Shown piece after piece: positions 40,285 through 50,465 of a stretch of DNA of 64,000 nt (its first letter is position 1; each line of letters starts with the position of its first letter). The stretch spans positions 452,124 to 516,123 of the forward strand of contig JAKIWV010000001.1 of NCBI GenBank assembly GCA_022749815.1, read 5' to 3'. Position numbers and translations under genes: made by a program. The notes under the pieces are model-generated. The model was not told where the DNA came from, ran no database searches, and saw only the letters and a list, made by a program, of their open reading frames with translations. Origin of the DNA: Thermoplasmata archaeon (GTDB taxonomy: Archaea > Thermoplasmatota > Thermoplasmata > Lutacidiplasmatales > UBA184).

Positions 40285-40977
40285 TTACGGCTTCCCGCAG
40301 CGGCGCAGGAGGCGACGAGGGGTTTCAGTCAACACCCGCGCAAGCATTGCGTCGGGCACGCCCGCCCCTCGGGCCACGGTTCGGGCGGCCTCGAAGGTCA
40401 CCAGCTCATCGGTGGCGTGCGCGTCGGAGTCAACGATGAGATCGTTGCCGACCTCGAGCGCGGTCCGGACAACGTGGCCGTTCGCCACGATATGAAGGCG
40501 TCGGGCCGTGACCTCCAGGACCACGTCGTGGGCCTTCGCGAGCTCGGCCTCCTCCACTGTGATGAAACCGGGGTGCGCCAGTACGTCGACGTCGTTGAGT
40601 TCGACGACGACCCGGTTGGTCCCCGGGGGAACCGGGTTGGCCGGAGTCTCCCCATGAACGATGACCACCTCGGCGCCGGCGCGACGCGCAGCCCTGACGA
40701 CATCGGGGATCTTGCGCGGATGGACCATGGTGACCTCGACCCCGACCAGGGTCTGGAGGGCCTCATTCTCCCACGCCTTTGCTTCCTGCCGGAGCCGTTC
40801 CAGCAGCGGAGCGGGGTCCTCGAGGGCCACGTGGTCGGTGATGGCCAGGGCCCGATGGCCGAGAACGTCGGCTTCTCGCCACATGTCCGTGGCCGACGAG
40901 GTCCCGTCGGTTAGGAAGGTGTGGGAGTGGAAATCGAACCGGTTCCGTGCCGCCGGAGAGGGTCGGGCCGAGGGCAT
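40285..40977 (-). CDS. PHP-domain protein (archaeal histidinol-phosphatase-like)
   Basis: DFHSHTFLTDG, AITDH, VHGET, LAHPG, DSDAH. Confidence 0.88.
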   Translation of the reverse strand: MPSARPSPAARNRFDFHSHTFLTDGTSSATDMWREADVLGHRALAITDHVALEDPAPLLERLRQEAKAWENEALQTLVGVEVTMVHPRKIPDVVRAARRAGAEVVIVHGETPANPVPPGTNRVVVELNDVDVLAHPGFITVEEAELAKAHDVVLEVTARRLHIVANGHVVRTALEVGNDLIVDSDAHATDELVTFEAARTVARGAGVPDAMLARVLTETPRRLLRRCGKP

Positions 40978-41042
40978 GGTCTCCGGGGCACCCCCTGGGA
41001 GATACGAGCTTTGCCCACCGGGGCAGCGGCATCCTGGCCAAG

Positions 41043-41148
41043 TCCCGGCTGCCTGACTCGAACAGGCGACCTGAGGATGTCCATGGGGGCCGCCGGCGAC
41101 CGGCGGTCTCGACTACAGTCCCCCGCTCTACCACTGAGCTAAGCCGGG
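41043..41148 (-). tRNA. tRNA-Tyr (GTA) with intron
   Basis: CCCGGCT acceptor, GGGGA-CT-GTA-G plus intron, CCTGTTCGAGTCAGG T arm. Confidence 0.92.
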
Positions 41149-41191
41149 TTGGAGGGGAGGACCCGCCCTCGGGGTATAAAGCTCGCGCCGC

Positions 41192-41821
41192 TCAGTGCAG
41201 CGCCGCGCGCACTCTCGCATCAACTTCCTCAACGGAGCCGCCGGCGGGGACGGTCCTCACGAGGCCCTGCGTGCGGTAGAGGTCCAGCAGGGGGACCGTT
41301 GCCTCTCGGTAGACGGCCAATCGCGTGCGCACCGCTTCCTCCGAATCGTCAGTGCGTTGGATGAGCGGCGTTCCGTCGCGGTCGCAGCGGCCCGACTGGC
41401 GGGGGGGCTGGGTGACGAGATTGTACACCGTCCCGCACGTCGGGCAATTGCGTCGTTGGGACAGGCGATCGACCAGCACTGATTCCGGAATCTCGAAGTA
41501 AAGTACCTGCTCGACGGGGGTGATCTCCGCCAGGCTCTGGGCCTGGGCCACGTTTCGGGGGTACCCGTCAAGAATGAAGCCGCGGTGGGCGTCGGCCGCT
41601 GCGAGCCGCTCGCGCAGGATCCCGAGGACGAGGGCGTCGGGAACGAGTCGACCCTGGCGCATGTACCCGTCGGCCTCGCGGCCCAGAGCGGTACCGGCGG
41701 AGGCGGCCGCTCGCAGCAATTCGCCGGTGGACAGGTGTGGAATTCCGAGTTCCTTCGCGAGACGTTTGGCCTGAGTACCCTTCCCCGCCCCCGGGGGTCC
41801 CAAGAGCACGATGCGATGCAT
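41192..41821 (-). CDS. adk: adenylate kinase
   Basis: GPPGAGKGTQ, GFILDGYPR, Zn lid CPTC...CDRD; alternative start GTG 41872. Confidence 0.95.
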   Translation of the reverse strand: MHRIVLLGPPGAGKGTQAKRLAKELGIPHLSTGELLRAAASAGTALGREADGYMRQGRLVPDALVLGILRERLAAADAHRGFILDGYPRNVAQAQSLAEITPVEQVLYFEIPESVLVDRLSQRRNCPTCGTVYNLVTQPPRQSGRCDRDGTPLIQRTDDSEEAVRTRLAVYREATVPLLDLYRTQGLVRTVPAGGSVEEVDARVRAALH

Positions 41822-41868
41822 CAGCGGCAGGGACGGGGAGGACTGTATAGCGTTGGCCGGGGCCGGGG

Positions 41869-42603
41869 TCACCGGATCTCGGTGCCGACGAAATTCTCTC
41901 CGCGGAGCGCCAGTTCCATGTTGGGTAGATCTCGACCTTGGACGATGCGCAGGGGGATCTTCGCCCGGGCGAGTGACTCGAGACCGAGTCGGTCGAACAC
42001 GAACTGCTGCCCGGCGGTCCCCGCGACCGACGTTTCAATCATCTTCCGGAAGCCCGGGTAGTCGAGTCGGTCGATGCGCCGCGCCGTCGGATCCTTTCTC
42101 GGGTCGCGTTCGAAGAGCCCTGGGACCCGCGTGGCGTTCACCAACCGCCGCGCCCGCAGTCGCTCCGCGAGAAGGCCGGCCACTCCGTCGGTGGTGTGGC
42201 CGGGTTCTGTCCCCCCGAGCACGAGGATGCGGGACCGGTGGGCCTCTCGAACCGCGTCGGCGAGCGAGGTGGGCGGGTGGGGGGGACACGGGGGCCCGAT
42301 GACCGCCGCGAGGAGCCGGGCGTTGAGCCGGCTCACGTCGATCCCGAGCTCGTCGAGTTCGGTTTCCGTGAGCCCAAGCGTCCGGCCCAAGCGGATGTAG
42401 TCGCGAGCGACGCGACCCCCGCCCGTCGTGATGACGAGAGGAAATTCCTTCGCGAGTCTCTTCAACAAACCGGCCAGGTCCGGAAGGAAGCGTTCGTCCG
42501 CGTCGCCGGTGACCAAGACCGAGCCACCAACTGACAGGACGACCGGAGAGGTGTCCGCTTCTCCGGACTCGGTCATCGGCCGACGCAGAGGCCGTTTGGT
42601 CAT
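41869..42603 (-). CDS. pyrH: UMP kinase
   Basis: VLSVGGS, TTGGGRVARDYI, GGTEPGHTTD. Confidence 0.93.
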   Translation of the reverse strand: MTKRPLRRPMTESGEADTSPVVLSVGGSVLVTGDADERFLPDLAGLLKRLAKEFPLVITTGGGRVARDYIRLGRTLGLTETELDELGIDVSRLNARLLAAVIGPPCPPHPPTSLADAVREAHRSRILVLGGTEPGHTTDGVAGLLAERLRARRLVNATRVPGLFERDPRKDPTARRIDRLDYPGFRKMIETSVAGTAGQQFVFDRLGLESLARAKIPLRIVQGRDLPNMELALRGENFVGTEIR

Positions 42604-42681
42604 GGCTCTTTTGCTATGCTGTCGCACCCACGCCAGAGTTATCTCTCCAGGTTCCCCCTCGGAGGCGAAAGGTCCTCCGCG

Positions 42682-43389
42682 ATGGAGATCGACGACGAAA
42701 AGGCGCTGGCGGCTCGCGCGGCCGCCGTCCAAGTGCGGGCGGGTCAGCGGGTCGCCCTCGGCACGGGCTCGACGACCTCCTTCGCGATCCGGGTGCTAGC
42801 GGAGAACTTCCCTGGAGGGGACCACCTGTCGATCGTGGCGAGCTCGCTCGCCACGGAACGTCTCGCGACCAGCCTCGGATTGCCGGTGCGGCCGCTCGAG
42901 CCAGGCGACCACTTCGATGTGATGATCGACGGCGCCGACGAGGTGGCACCTACGCTCGCGCTCACGAAAGGGGGAGGCGGCGCCTTGTTCCGGGAGAAGT
43001 TCCTGGCTCGACTGAGCTCGGAGCTTGTGATCGCCGTGGATCACACGAAGCTCGTTCCGCGGCTCGGGACGCGGCATCCGATCCCGATCGAGATCGTTCC
43101 GTTCGCTCGGGCCAGGTTGGTTCATCAGTTGTCCGCGCGGGCGCTTTCTCCCCGACTCCGTTCAGATCGCTCCACAGCCGCCCCCACCCTGACGGACAAC
43201 GGCAATGAGATCCTGGACCTCTTTCCGGAGAACGGGGTCGAAGATCCCGCGCGCCTCGAGCATGACTTGCGGGTGATGCCCGGGGTGATCGAGACCGGAC
43301 TCTTCGTGGGGTTGGCCCACCGGGTCTACGTGGGCCTTCCCGACGGGACGGTCCAGGAGATCCTCCGTGGCGACGCCTCCTCCTCCTGA
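42682..43389 (+). CDS. rpiA: ribose-5-phosphate isomerase A
   Basis: LGTGSTT, IDGADEV, KGGGGALFREK, TDNGNEILD. Confidence 0.95.
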   Translation: MEIDDEKALAARAAAVQVRAGQRVALGTGSTTSFAIRVLAENFPGGDHLSIVASSLATERLATSLGLPVRPLEPGDHFDVMIDGADEVAPTLALTKGGGGALFREKFLARLSSELVIAVDHTKLVPRLGTRHPIPIEIVPFARARLVHQLSARALSPRLRSDRSTAAPTLTDNGNEILDLFPENGVEDPARLEHDLRVMPGVIETGLFVGLAHRVYVGLPDGTVQEILRGDASSS

Positions 43390-43476
43390 ACTCCCGGCCG
43401 CCCCGCTTCAGGGGTTCGTAACGGGAATCGGTTTATCCCGGGCCCGGATGCGCGGTCCGGGACGGCGAAGAGTTCG

Positions 43477-44259
43477 ATGGACGGCAAGTACATTCACACG
43501 CGCGTGAGCGACGGCGTCGGCTACGTCGAGATCGAGAAACCAAAGGCGAACACGTACGACCTCGACATGATGCGCGAGATCGACGACGCGCTCGAGGAGA
43601 TGCGGTTCAACCACGAAGCGCGCGTCATCGTCCTCTCGAGTCGCCTCGAGGGATTCTTCAGCGCCGGGGCGGACATCGAGATGCTCAAGCGGAGCACCCC
43701 CGAATACAAGGCCATGTTTTGTCTCCATTGTCAGGAGACCCTCAACAAGTTCGCGTCGACCCCGAAGGTCGTTATCGCGGCAATCAACGGTCACTGCGTG
43801 GGAGGCGGGCTCGAGATCGCGCTCGCCTGCGACTTGCGCATGATGGCGGAGGGCGGCGGCAAGATCGGGCTTCCCGAGGTCACCCTCGGGGTCCTCCCCG
43901 GTACTGGGGGAACCCAGCGGCTCCCTCGACTCGTGGGTACCTCCCGAGCGCTCGACATGATGATCACCGGGCGCCTCATGACGCCGGCCGAGGCGCTGCA
44001 GATCGGACTCGTGAACTACGTGTTCCCGAAGGTCAGCTTCGCGGAGGACGTGCACCGCTACGCGAAGAGTCTCGCCCAGGGCCCGGCCCGTGCCGTGAGC
44101 CTGATCAAGCGATCGGTGGTCGAAGGGATCGAAGAGCCTCTCCTTTCCGGACTCGCGCTCGAGCGGGAGCTCCAGAACCAGCTCTTCGTCACCGAGGACG
44201 CGAAGGAAGGCATCACCGCCTTCATCGAAAAGCGCAAGCCGAGCTTTAAGGGCCACTGA
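43477..44259 (+). CDS. enoyl-CoA hydratase/isomerase
   Basis: FSAGADI, GGGLEIALACD, PEVTLGVLPGTGGTQRLPRL. Confidence 0.92.
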   Translation: MDGKYIHTRVSDGVGYVEIEKPKANTYDLDMMREIDDALEEMRFNHEARVIVLSSRLEGFFSAGADIEMLKRSTPEYKAMFCLHCQETLNKFASTPKVVIAAINGHCVGGGLEIALACDLRMMAEGGGKIGLPEVTLGVLPGTGGTQRLPRLVGTSRALDMMITGRLMTPAEALQIGLVNYVFPKVSFAEDVHRYAKSLAQGPARAVSLIKRSVVEGIEEPLLSGLALERELQNQLFVTEDAKEGITAFIEKRKPSFKGH

Positions 44260-44285
44260 ATCGTACCAACGATGCGAGTGAGATC

Positions 44286-45137
44286 ATGACGAACCTCCCG
44301 GGGCCCGGGCCGACGGCGCCGGCGTCTTCCGGTCATGCGCCCGCGAGCAAGACACTTCGGGACGGAGGGACGATTCAACCCGTTCGTGAGATCCTTTGGG
44401 GGCCCTCAACGGGGGTCCGGAAGTACGAGACTTCGGACGAGCTTCCATCGGATCTCCGGAAGCTCATCGTCAAATTGATGGTGGTCCAGGCCGACACCGA
44501 ATTCGCCTCCATCCAGCAACACCGGCCGTGGCTCGACCACGCCCCGACGCTCGAGGACCGGTGGATCGAAGCCCGCATCATCGCCGACGAGGCCCGTCAC
44601 GGACTCCAGGCCTGTCGGATCCTGAGGGATTTCGGGGAGGAGGGGCAGATGTGGATCGACGAGCTGCTCGCCAAGAAGGAGGGAGAGCACAAGCTCGATG
44701 CTTTCAACATGAAGTTCGACGCGTGGGCCGACGTGGGTGCCTTCACGTGCCTCGTGGACCGGGTCGGCGTCTATCAGCTTCGGGCCTTCCAGGAGTGCTC
44801 CTACGGCCCGCTGGCCCGGGCGATGCCGTTGATGCTCTCGGAGGAGCAGCTCCATCTCAATTTCGGCGCCAACGTGCTCCGTCGGATGGTCCGAGAAGGG
44901 TCGAAGTATGCCGGGACTCCGGAGGAGGCTCAGACGGCGGTACGCCGGTGGTACCCCCGGGCCCTCGACATGTTCGGCCACTCCAAGTCCGAGACCAGCC
45001 GGAAGGCGATCGAGTACGGTCTCAAACGCTGGACCAACGAAGAGGCAAGGGAGCGGTTCGTCTCGGAGACCAATCCCATCCTCCAAGGGATGGGTCTCGA
45101 GGTTCCGTCGGCGGACTTCGACCGACGGATTCCCTAG
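44286..45137 (+). CDS. diiron ring-epoxidase subunit (BoxB/PaaA-like)
   Basis: QADTE, DEARH, VDRVGVYQL, SYGPLAR, EEQLH diiron ligands; RRWYPRALDMFG. Confidence 0.8.
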   Translation: MTNLPGPGPTAPASSGHAPASKTLRDGGTIQPVREILWGPSTGVRKYETSDELPSDLRKLIVKLMVVQADTEFASIQQHRPWLDHAPTLEDRWIEARIIADEARHGLQACRILRDFGEEGQMWIDELLAKKEGEHKLDAFNMKFDAWADVGAFTCLVDRVGVYQLRAFQECSYGPLARAMPLMLSEEQLHLNFGANVLRRMVREGSKYAGTPEEAQTAVRRWYPRALDMFGHSKSETSRKAIEYGLKRWTNEEARERFVSETNPILQGMGLEVPSADFDRRIP

Positions 45138-46165
45138 GCCGAACGGCTCCGGACTCCGATCACTCGCGCCGCCGGTCCCGGTGACAGGACACGGGTGGCT
45201 GAGACCCCAGGGATCCGTCGCAGCCGGCTTCGCACCCTGGGGACGTACTTCTGGAAGGTGAACACGTGGACGTGGGCGCCGGCGTCGTGGGTGTACCCCG
45301 CGACCGGGTGGCCGGCCCTGCGGTTAAGGTCGAGCACCGCAGCGAGCACGGCCCGCGAGCTGGGGGTCAGGTAGTCGAGTGAGGGAACCGTCGTCTCGCA
45401 CACACGTCGGAAGTCGTCGCACTCCTCCATGATCAACGCCAGGAATCGGTCGGCCGAGCGCGTCCGCAACGCGGTTCGGAGCGCTGCCAGCCGTCCCGCT
45501 ACGGTGCGCTGCCGCTCCGAATACGCGGGAGAGGTGCGGACGGTTTCCTGCATCGCCCGGGCCGACCGGACCCGCTTCTCCGGAGCGTCAGCGATCAGGA
45601 CCACGATATCGCGCAATTCGGGCCAGTGGTCGGCTCGGAATAGCGGGCGGGCGAAACAGTCCCGGCCGTCCGGCCGCCGGCCGGCCTGCCACTCGACGAA
45701 GCCCCCGAAGATGGACCGGCTCGCGCTGCCGGACCCGCGGCGCGCGAGTCGGGACATCTCGCGAGGGGACCAACGAAGCCCCGCCGCAAGGCTGGCCGCG
45801 CCGGCCAAAGCGGCGAAGCCGCTCGCCGAACTCGCGAGTCCGCTCGCCGTCGGGAAGTTGTTGTGCGAACGGATCTCCGCGAACATGCTCACCCCGGCCT
45901 CCTCCCGGACGACGTCGAGAAAGTCGACGGCGCCCTGGAGGGGTCCCCCGCCCGCCGGCCGGCCGTTCAGCGAGAACCGGTCGGACCGAAGGGAGGGGTC
46001 GAAACGGACCCACGTCCTCGTCCGGAGTCGGCTCACGGTCATCGACAAGGACGAGTTACGGGGAAGGACGAGCCGGTCGTCCCGCATCCCCCAGTACTTC
46101 ACGAGAGCGATGTTGGGGGCCGCTTCGTAGCCCGCGAACCTCGCCGGGGGGAAAGGCTGTGACAC
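45134..46165 (-). CDS. mvaD: diphosphomevalonate decarboxylase family protein
   Basis: NIALVKYWG, NNFPTASGLASSASG, RRGSGSASRS, YTHDAG. Confidence 0.85.
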   Translation of the reverse strand: MSQPFPPARFAGYEAAPNIALVKYWGMRDDRLVLPRNSSLSMTVSRLRTRTWVRFDPSLRSDRFSLNGRPAGGGPLQGAVDFLDVVREEAGVSMFAEIRSHNNFPTASGLASSASGFAALAGAASLAAGLRWSPREMSRLARRGSGSASRSIFGGFVEWQAGRRPDGRDCFARPLFRADHWPELRDIVVLIADAPEKRVRSARAMQETVRTSPAYSERQRTVAGRLAALRTALRTRSADRFLALIMEECDDFRRVCETTVPSLDYLTPSSRAVLAAVLDLNRRAGHPVAGYTHDAGAHVHVFTFQKYVPRVRSRLRRIPGVSATRVLSPGPAARVIGVRSRSA

Positions 46166-46262
46166 GTAGGACCCGGTTCACGGGTATCTCCCGACTACAT
46201 AGGGGCGCCGACGGCCGCCTGAACCAACGGCTCTTTATTCCGGTCCATCGAATGTTACGAGC

Positions 46263-46745
46263 ATGAATCGGTCGGCCGTTGCCTCCGGGCCGCGCCCGCT
46301 GCGGCTGCCGCGCGACTGGAAGATCGTCGCTGGTATGGCCGGGTTTCACCGGTCGATCGGATTCGTCATCGATCTAAAGGGCTCCAGCCAAGGGATCTGC
46401 ATCGTCCGTGGTAAGGTGCGGCCGGCCCACCTCAATATCAACGGCATCGTGCACGGCGGAGTCTACGCTACCGCGCTCGACACCGCCATGGGCGGCGCGG
46501 TCGTAAGCGACCTCGCGGACGGCGAAACCACTGCCACGACCTCGCTGTACGTCGAGTTCTTGCGATCGGCGCGGGCCGGCCAGGAGCTCGTGGCCCGAGG
46601 TGAGATTCTGCGACGGGGCCGCCACATCGCGTTCGTCGAAGGCAAGTTGGACGATGGGGAGGGCAACCAATTCGCCCAGGCGCACGGGACGTGGTACATC
46701 TGGTCCCCCGACAACCGGCGACCGCCTCGGAGGCGCTCCCGGTGA
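46263..46745 (+). CDS. PaaI-family thioesterase
   Basis: HLNINGIVHGG...LDTAMG. Confidence 0.88.
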   Translation: MNRSAVASGPRPLRLPRDWKIVAGMAGFHRSIGFVIDLKGSSQGICIVRGKVRPAHLNINGIVHGGVYATALDTAMGGAVVSDLADGETTATTSLYVEFLRSARAGQELVARGEILRRGRHIAFVEGKLDDGEGNQFAQAHGTWYIWSPDNRRPPRRRSR

Positions 46746-47566
46746 TGCGACGACGCCCGTCGGCGCTCTACCGATTCGCACAGATCCTGAGGGTGGTGGC
46801 GATCCTCGCGATGGTCTTCTTGGTGGTCTTCCTCTCTACGGTCGCGCTCTCGGCCGCCCAGCTCGGGATCGGGATCGGTCGACAGGCCGGCACGCTACAT
46901 CATTCGATCTCGGCGGCAATCGTGGGCACATCGGTGCTCGTCAACGTCACCTTCCCGGTCCCCAACCAGGGCTACTACAACGTCGGGGACCTGACCTTGG
47001 TGGCGATCTTCAGCAACCTGTCGATCCAGCTCTCCCCAATCGCTGTCACCGAAGGCGGGCCGGTCACGATTCCCGGCCACGGGAAGGGGAACCTCAGCCT
47101 GCTGACCGCGTTCGACATGGGCCAACCCGCGGGGCCGTTCCTGCTCCTCAACGACGCGGGGATCCTGGGAACGCTCTGGCTCAACGCATCCTACGCCGCC
47201 GTGATCCCGGTCAACCTCGAGGTAGCCTTCCACTACCACTGGGGCGCGCCCTTCGCGAACCTCAGCTATGCCACGGGAACGCCGTTCCTCGGCCCGAACT
47301 CGACCGTGGAGATCCCCGTAACGATCCACTTTGAGAACCACACGCCCGGCCTCAAGCTGGCGGGCAATCTCACCGTCACAGTGACCCAGCCCAACGGGGT
47401 CATCTGCACGCAACAAAGGTTCCCAGTCCAGACCTACAACGGTCCGGTGACGCTGTCCGAGACGTTCATCATGCCGAGCACGTGCACGCTGACCGGGGAC
47501 ACGATCACCTCGGTGTTCACGGCCCCCGGCATCAACGTCGCTCTTCCGACGGAGACGATCCCATGA
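46745..47566 (+). CDS. membrane-anchored surface protein
   Basis: N-terminal TM, many N-glycosylation sequons, YHWGAPF. Confidence 0.65.
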   Translation: MRRRPSALYRFAQILRVVAILAMVFLVVFLSTVALSAAQLGIGIGRQAGTLHHSISAAIVGTSVLVNVTFPVPNQGYYNVGDLTLVAIFSNLSIQLSPIAVTEGGPVTIPGHGKGNLSLLTAFDMGQPAGPFLLLNDAGILGTLWLNASYAAVIPVNLEVAFHYHWGAPFANLSYATGTPFLGPNSTVEIPVTIHFENHTPGLKLAGNLTVTVTQPNGVICTQQRFPVQTYNGPVTLSETFIMPSTCTLTGDTITSVFTAPGINVALPTETIP

Positions 47567-48129
47567 CCACCCGCCCGGGGGAGACCTCCGCCGTCCCGTA
47601 CGACCTCGATGCGAGCGGGGCCCCGTTGACCGAATCCTACGAGCCGCCCGGGGTGTCCGGGGCGCGTATCGCCGGGGCGGTCCTCTTGACGATCGTCTAC
47701 TTCCTCCTCATCGGGTACCTCCCGTACTACCTCGAGAAGTACGCCGCTCGATACGGTCTGTCCGCCGCCGTGTCGCCGACCTTCCTTCTGGTGGCGGGGG
47801 CGGTTGTGGCAATCCTAGCCGGCCTGTCGATCGCCACGAAGCCGACGAAGGCGTGGGGGCCGGTGCGGGTGATGGCGGCGGGAGTCGACATCATCTACAT
47901 CTTCTATCTGCTCCAGAACCCGATCTACTCTACCACGATCCACGGGTTCTCGATCACGCTCGCGTACACCCGCATCCTCGAGCTCTTCCTCATTCCGCCG
48001 GTCATCGCCCTGATCGCCGGCGTCGTGACCACCTTCGGGGACATCCGTCACCCGGGGGAGCGGGTCCGTATGCAGTTCCCTCAGAAGGCACCGCGGTGGC
48101 ACCGGCGCGCCGACGGGCAAGCGATCTGA
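47563..48129 (+). CDS. membrane protein
   Basis: Four TM; ATGA overlap. Confidence 0.65.
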   Translation: MTTRPGETSAVPYDLDASGAPLTESYEPPGVSGARIAGAVLLTIVYFLLIGYLPYYLEKYAARYGLSAAVSPTFLLVAGAVVAILAGLSIATKPTKAWGPVRVMAAGVDIIYIFYLLQNPIYSTTIHGFSITLAYTRILELFLIPPVIALIAGVVTTFGDIRHPGERVRMQFPQKAPRWHRRADGQAI

Positions 48130-48409
48130 GCTATCGCGCGCCGGCTTGACCATGGCGTCGCCACGGCCCTCCACCCCCCCCGGATGTCGTCAGCCAGGTA
48201 CAGTCGTTCGCGAACAGTGTCGCGCGCGCGGTGTTGGCGGCGGCGCGGGCCTGCTCCGGCTCGCCGAGCGGTTCGGACGACGGGGGCCCGGCTGGGCGGA
48301 GAGGACCGCCGATCGCGTCCTCAAGGTCCGAAAGTAAGGGCGGGGGAACCCTCGCCGGGCCTTGCCCGAACACCAGTACTTGTGCAGGGGTTTTCGTGCA
48401 ACCCGCGGG

Positions 48410-48861
48410 GTTTCTGGGCGGGGTGAAGTTTGGGCCTTCTCCGAACGTGGATGTTATTGACGTCATGAGCCAGTGGTCCGCAAACTTCACGTAGGAAAAC
48501 GTCCACGCGCACACGAAGTCCGTTACAGCGTATCTCCCCCCTTTGTCTCCTAGGTGAACCGCGAAAGGATACGAACAATCACCCACGCCACATGCCCATC
48601 CGACGATACCCGGACAATCGGGGGACGTGAGTCATCCCATGCTAGGTATCCCCGTCCCGGGAGCGAGCTCTGCAAGTGGCGCTCCAGCTGTCGCCGGGTA
48701 TGGGTCTCGACCTTTCCTCCGGAGATAGATACCAGCCACGGAGCGACCCGCGACGCCAGCGATGCCGCATCCGCCCGGAAATGGGCGTCGCGGTCGGCGC
48801 GGTGATAGGAGAGCAGAGTAACCGAGTCAGCCTTGCGGCTTCGCACCCCGTCGCGCCTCAT
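48410..48861 (-). pseudogene. frameshifted NTF2/SnoaL-like gene
   Basis: HRADRDAHFRAD...WDDSRPPIVRVSSDGHVAWVIV ends at TAG 48550; C-terminus FVCAWTFSYVKFADHWLMTSITSTF lies in another frame. Confidence 0.55.
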
Positions 48862-49326
48862 CCCTTCCGTGCCATGACGAACATGGGGCTCCCCAGTTAG
48901 TCCCCTACCGGGCCGACTGCCGGTATTTAGAGAATCAGCGACGTGGGACTTCGCCCGAGAGCTGGTTTCTTTACGAGGGGTTTGTACAGCGCGCCGGGTT
49001 TCCGTGCGGTTGGGGTTTTGCGGTCAAGGCTACATTAAAGGAAATACGTATGTCAGTGAATGACCCCGCGACGGTCCGGAAAGCATTCGGCGGCGTGCCC
49101 GTGGGGTGTGCTGTTTCCCCCAAAGCCTTGATTCCGATACTCCCTTCGAGCTCAGGTCAACTCGCTAAATCCACGGACGGCACTTCCAAATCGACCTCCA
49201 TCGAACTCGGCCTGCGCCCGCTCGGGGTAACCTCCACCGATGGGGGTTGTAACGGAACTCGCCCCTCGAACGTGGCGGTTCTCCGACCGAGAGGGTTAAG
49301 AGGCGCGAACCCACCTAAGGCGCCAG

Positions 49327-49623
49327 GTGCACGGAAGCTCGCTCAGACGCATTGGCATTACGGCCACGGTTACTTCCGTGGCGATCATCTCCGTGGGCTT
49401 TGCAGGGTCCTTCGCCACGCCAGTCCAATACAACGGACTTGCGTCACCTGCGAACACAGCCTTTGCGTTTCTCTTCGATAGCGGATGGGCCCTCGGGTTA
49501 GTGGGCGTCATCCTTTGGGTTGCGGGTTTCATTCGGCAGAGAAGGGACGAGCTGGGGTCAAAGAGAGCTAGGGTTGACGGCATTGCCTCGAGTGGCCCGC
49601 CCCCTGCCCAGCCCCATAACTGA
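49327..49623 (+). CDS. small 2-TM protein
   Basis: Two hydrophobic helices; weak codon bias. Confidence 0.4.
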   Translation: MHGSSLRRIGITATVTSVAIISVGFAGSFATPVQYNGLASPANTAFAFLFDSGWALGLVGVILWVAGFIRQRRDELGSKRARVDGIASSGPPPAQPHN

Positions 49624-49895
49624 CTTGGTCCTGACCTGAGAGGTGCGTCGCCCCCCTGATGCCGAGGGCTCGCCGCCTGGGCGACCGCCTTCCACAGCCA
49701 TGCTGCTGCTGTTGACGCTGATGTCTGGGCGGGACTAGGCCTCGTCGTGACCGGGTTGGCAATTAAGGCAGGAAGCATTTCGACCAACCCGGTGAAGAAG
49801 GACGTGCTGATTGCTACGACCCTTATCGACGTTGGTGCCTTTTCTGTTGGAACGGGGGTACTGTTGTACTGCAATCAGAATCCCGGAAGTTGCAC

Positions 49896-50465
49896 GTGAT
49901 AACCGGAGGGGGTGGAGCCCGGACGTTTGCCCTGAGCGTGGTGGCCTCCGCACAGAAACGTGACGATGTGCTCGGAGTGTACGCCTTTGGAAGCGCAGGT
50001 GTCGCGACCGCTGCGGGGGCGCTGTTCGGGGCTTACTCCCTCCTTTTCTCTGGTTCTCTGGGGTCACTCATACCTGCCATCCTGCTCGGTGTAGCGGTGC
50101 CCGCCAGCGCGGTGTGCTGGTACACGCTCTTTACGATCTACACCAAGTATCCGTCCGAAGTGCTGGTGGGGAGGGATGGATTCGAGGTGCGATTCTCCAA
50201 CGGCTCAAGCTGGAGGTACGCTTGGCTGGGGTCTAGGACGGGCTTACAGATTTGCGACTACAGACCATATGCCGGAAGGAAACCACCGGCCCTCTTTTAC
50301 CTGATCGGGCCGAGTTCCAGGCCGATCCCAATCACGCTCGAGGCGTTCGAGGCGATTCAGGCACAGTCTGCGTCCATAGGCGTCCGGGACGAGACGCGAA
50401 TTCTTTACGCCGGTACTCCCGCGACGATGGCTATGCACACCCTTCTTTCCCCCAAGAGCAACTGA
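49896..50465 (+). CDS. membrane protein (2 TM plus PH-like domain)
   Basis: Two TM then EVLVGRDGFEVRFSNG; start uncertain (49890 or 49896). Confidence 0.55.
   Translation: MITGGGGARTFALSVVASAQKRDDVLGVYAFGSAGVATAAGALFGAYSLLFSGSLGSLIPAILLGVAVPASAVCWYTLFTIYTKYPSEVLVGRDGFEVRFSNGSSWRYAWLGSRTGLQICDYRPYAGRKPPALFYLIGPSSRPIPITLEAFEAIQAQSASIGVRDETRILYAGTPATMAMHTLLSPKSN

Noticed and set aside
48550-48552. TAG as pyrrolysine readthrough
   Set aside because: The same frame stops again after a few codons and the plausible C-terminus is in another frame, so a frameshift explains it.
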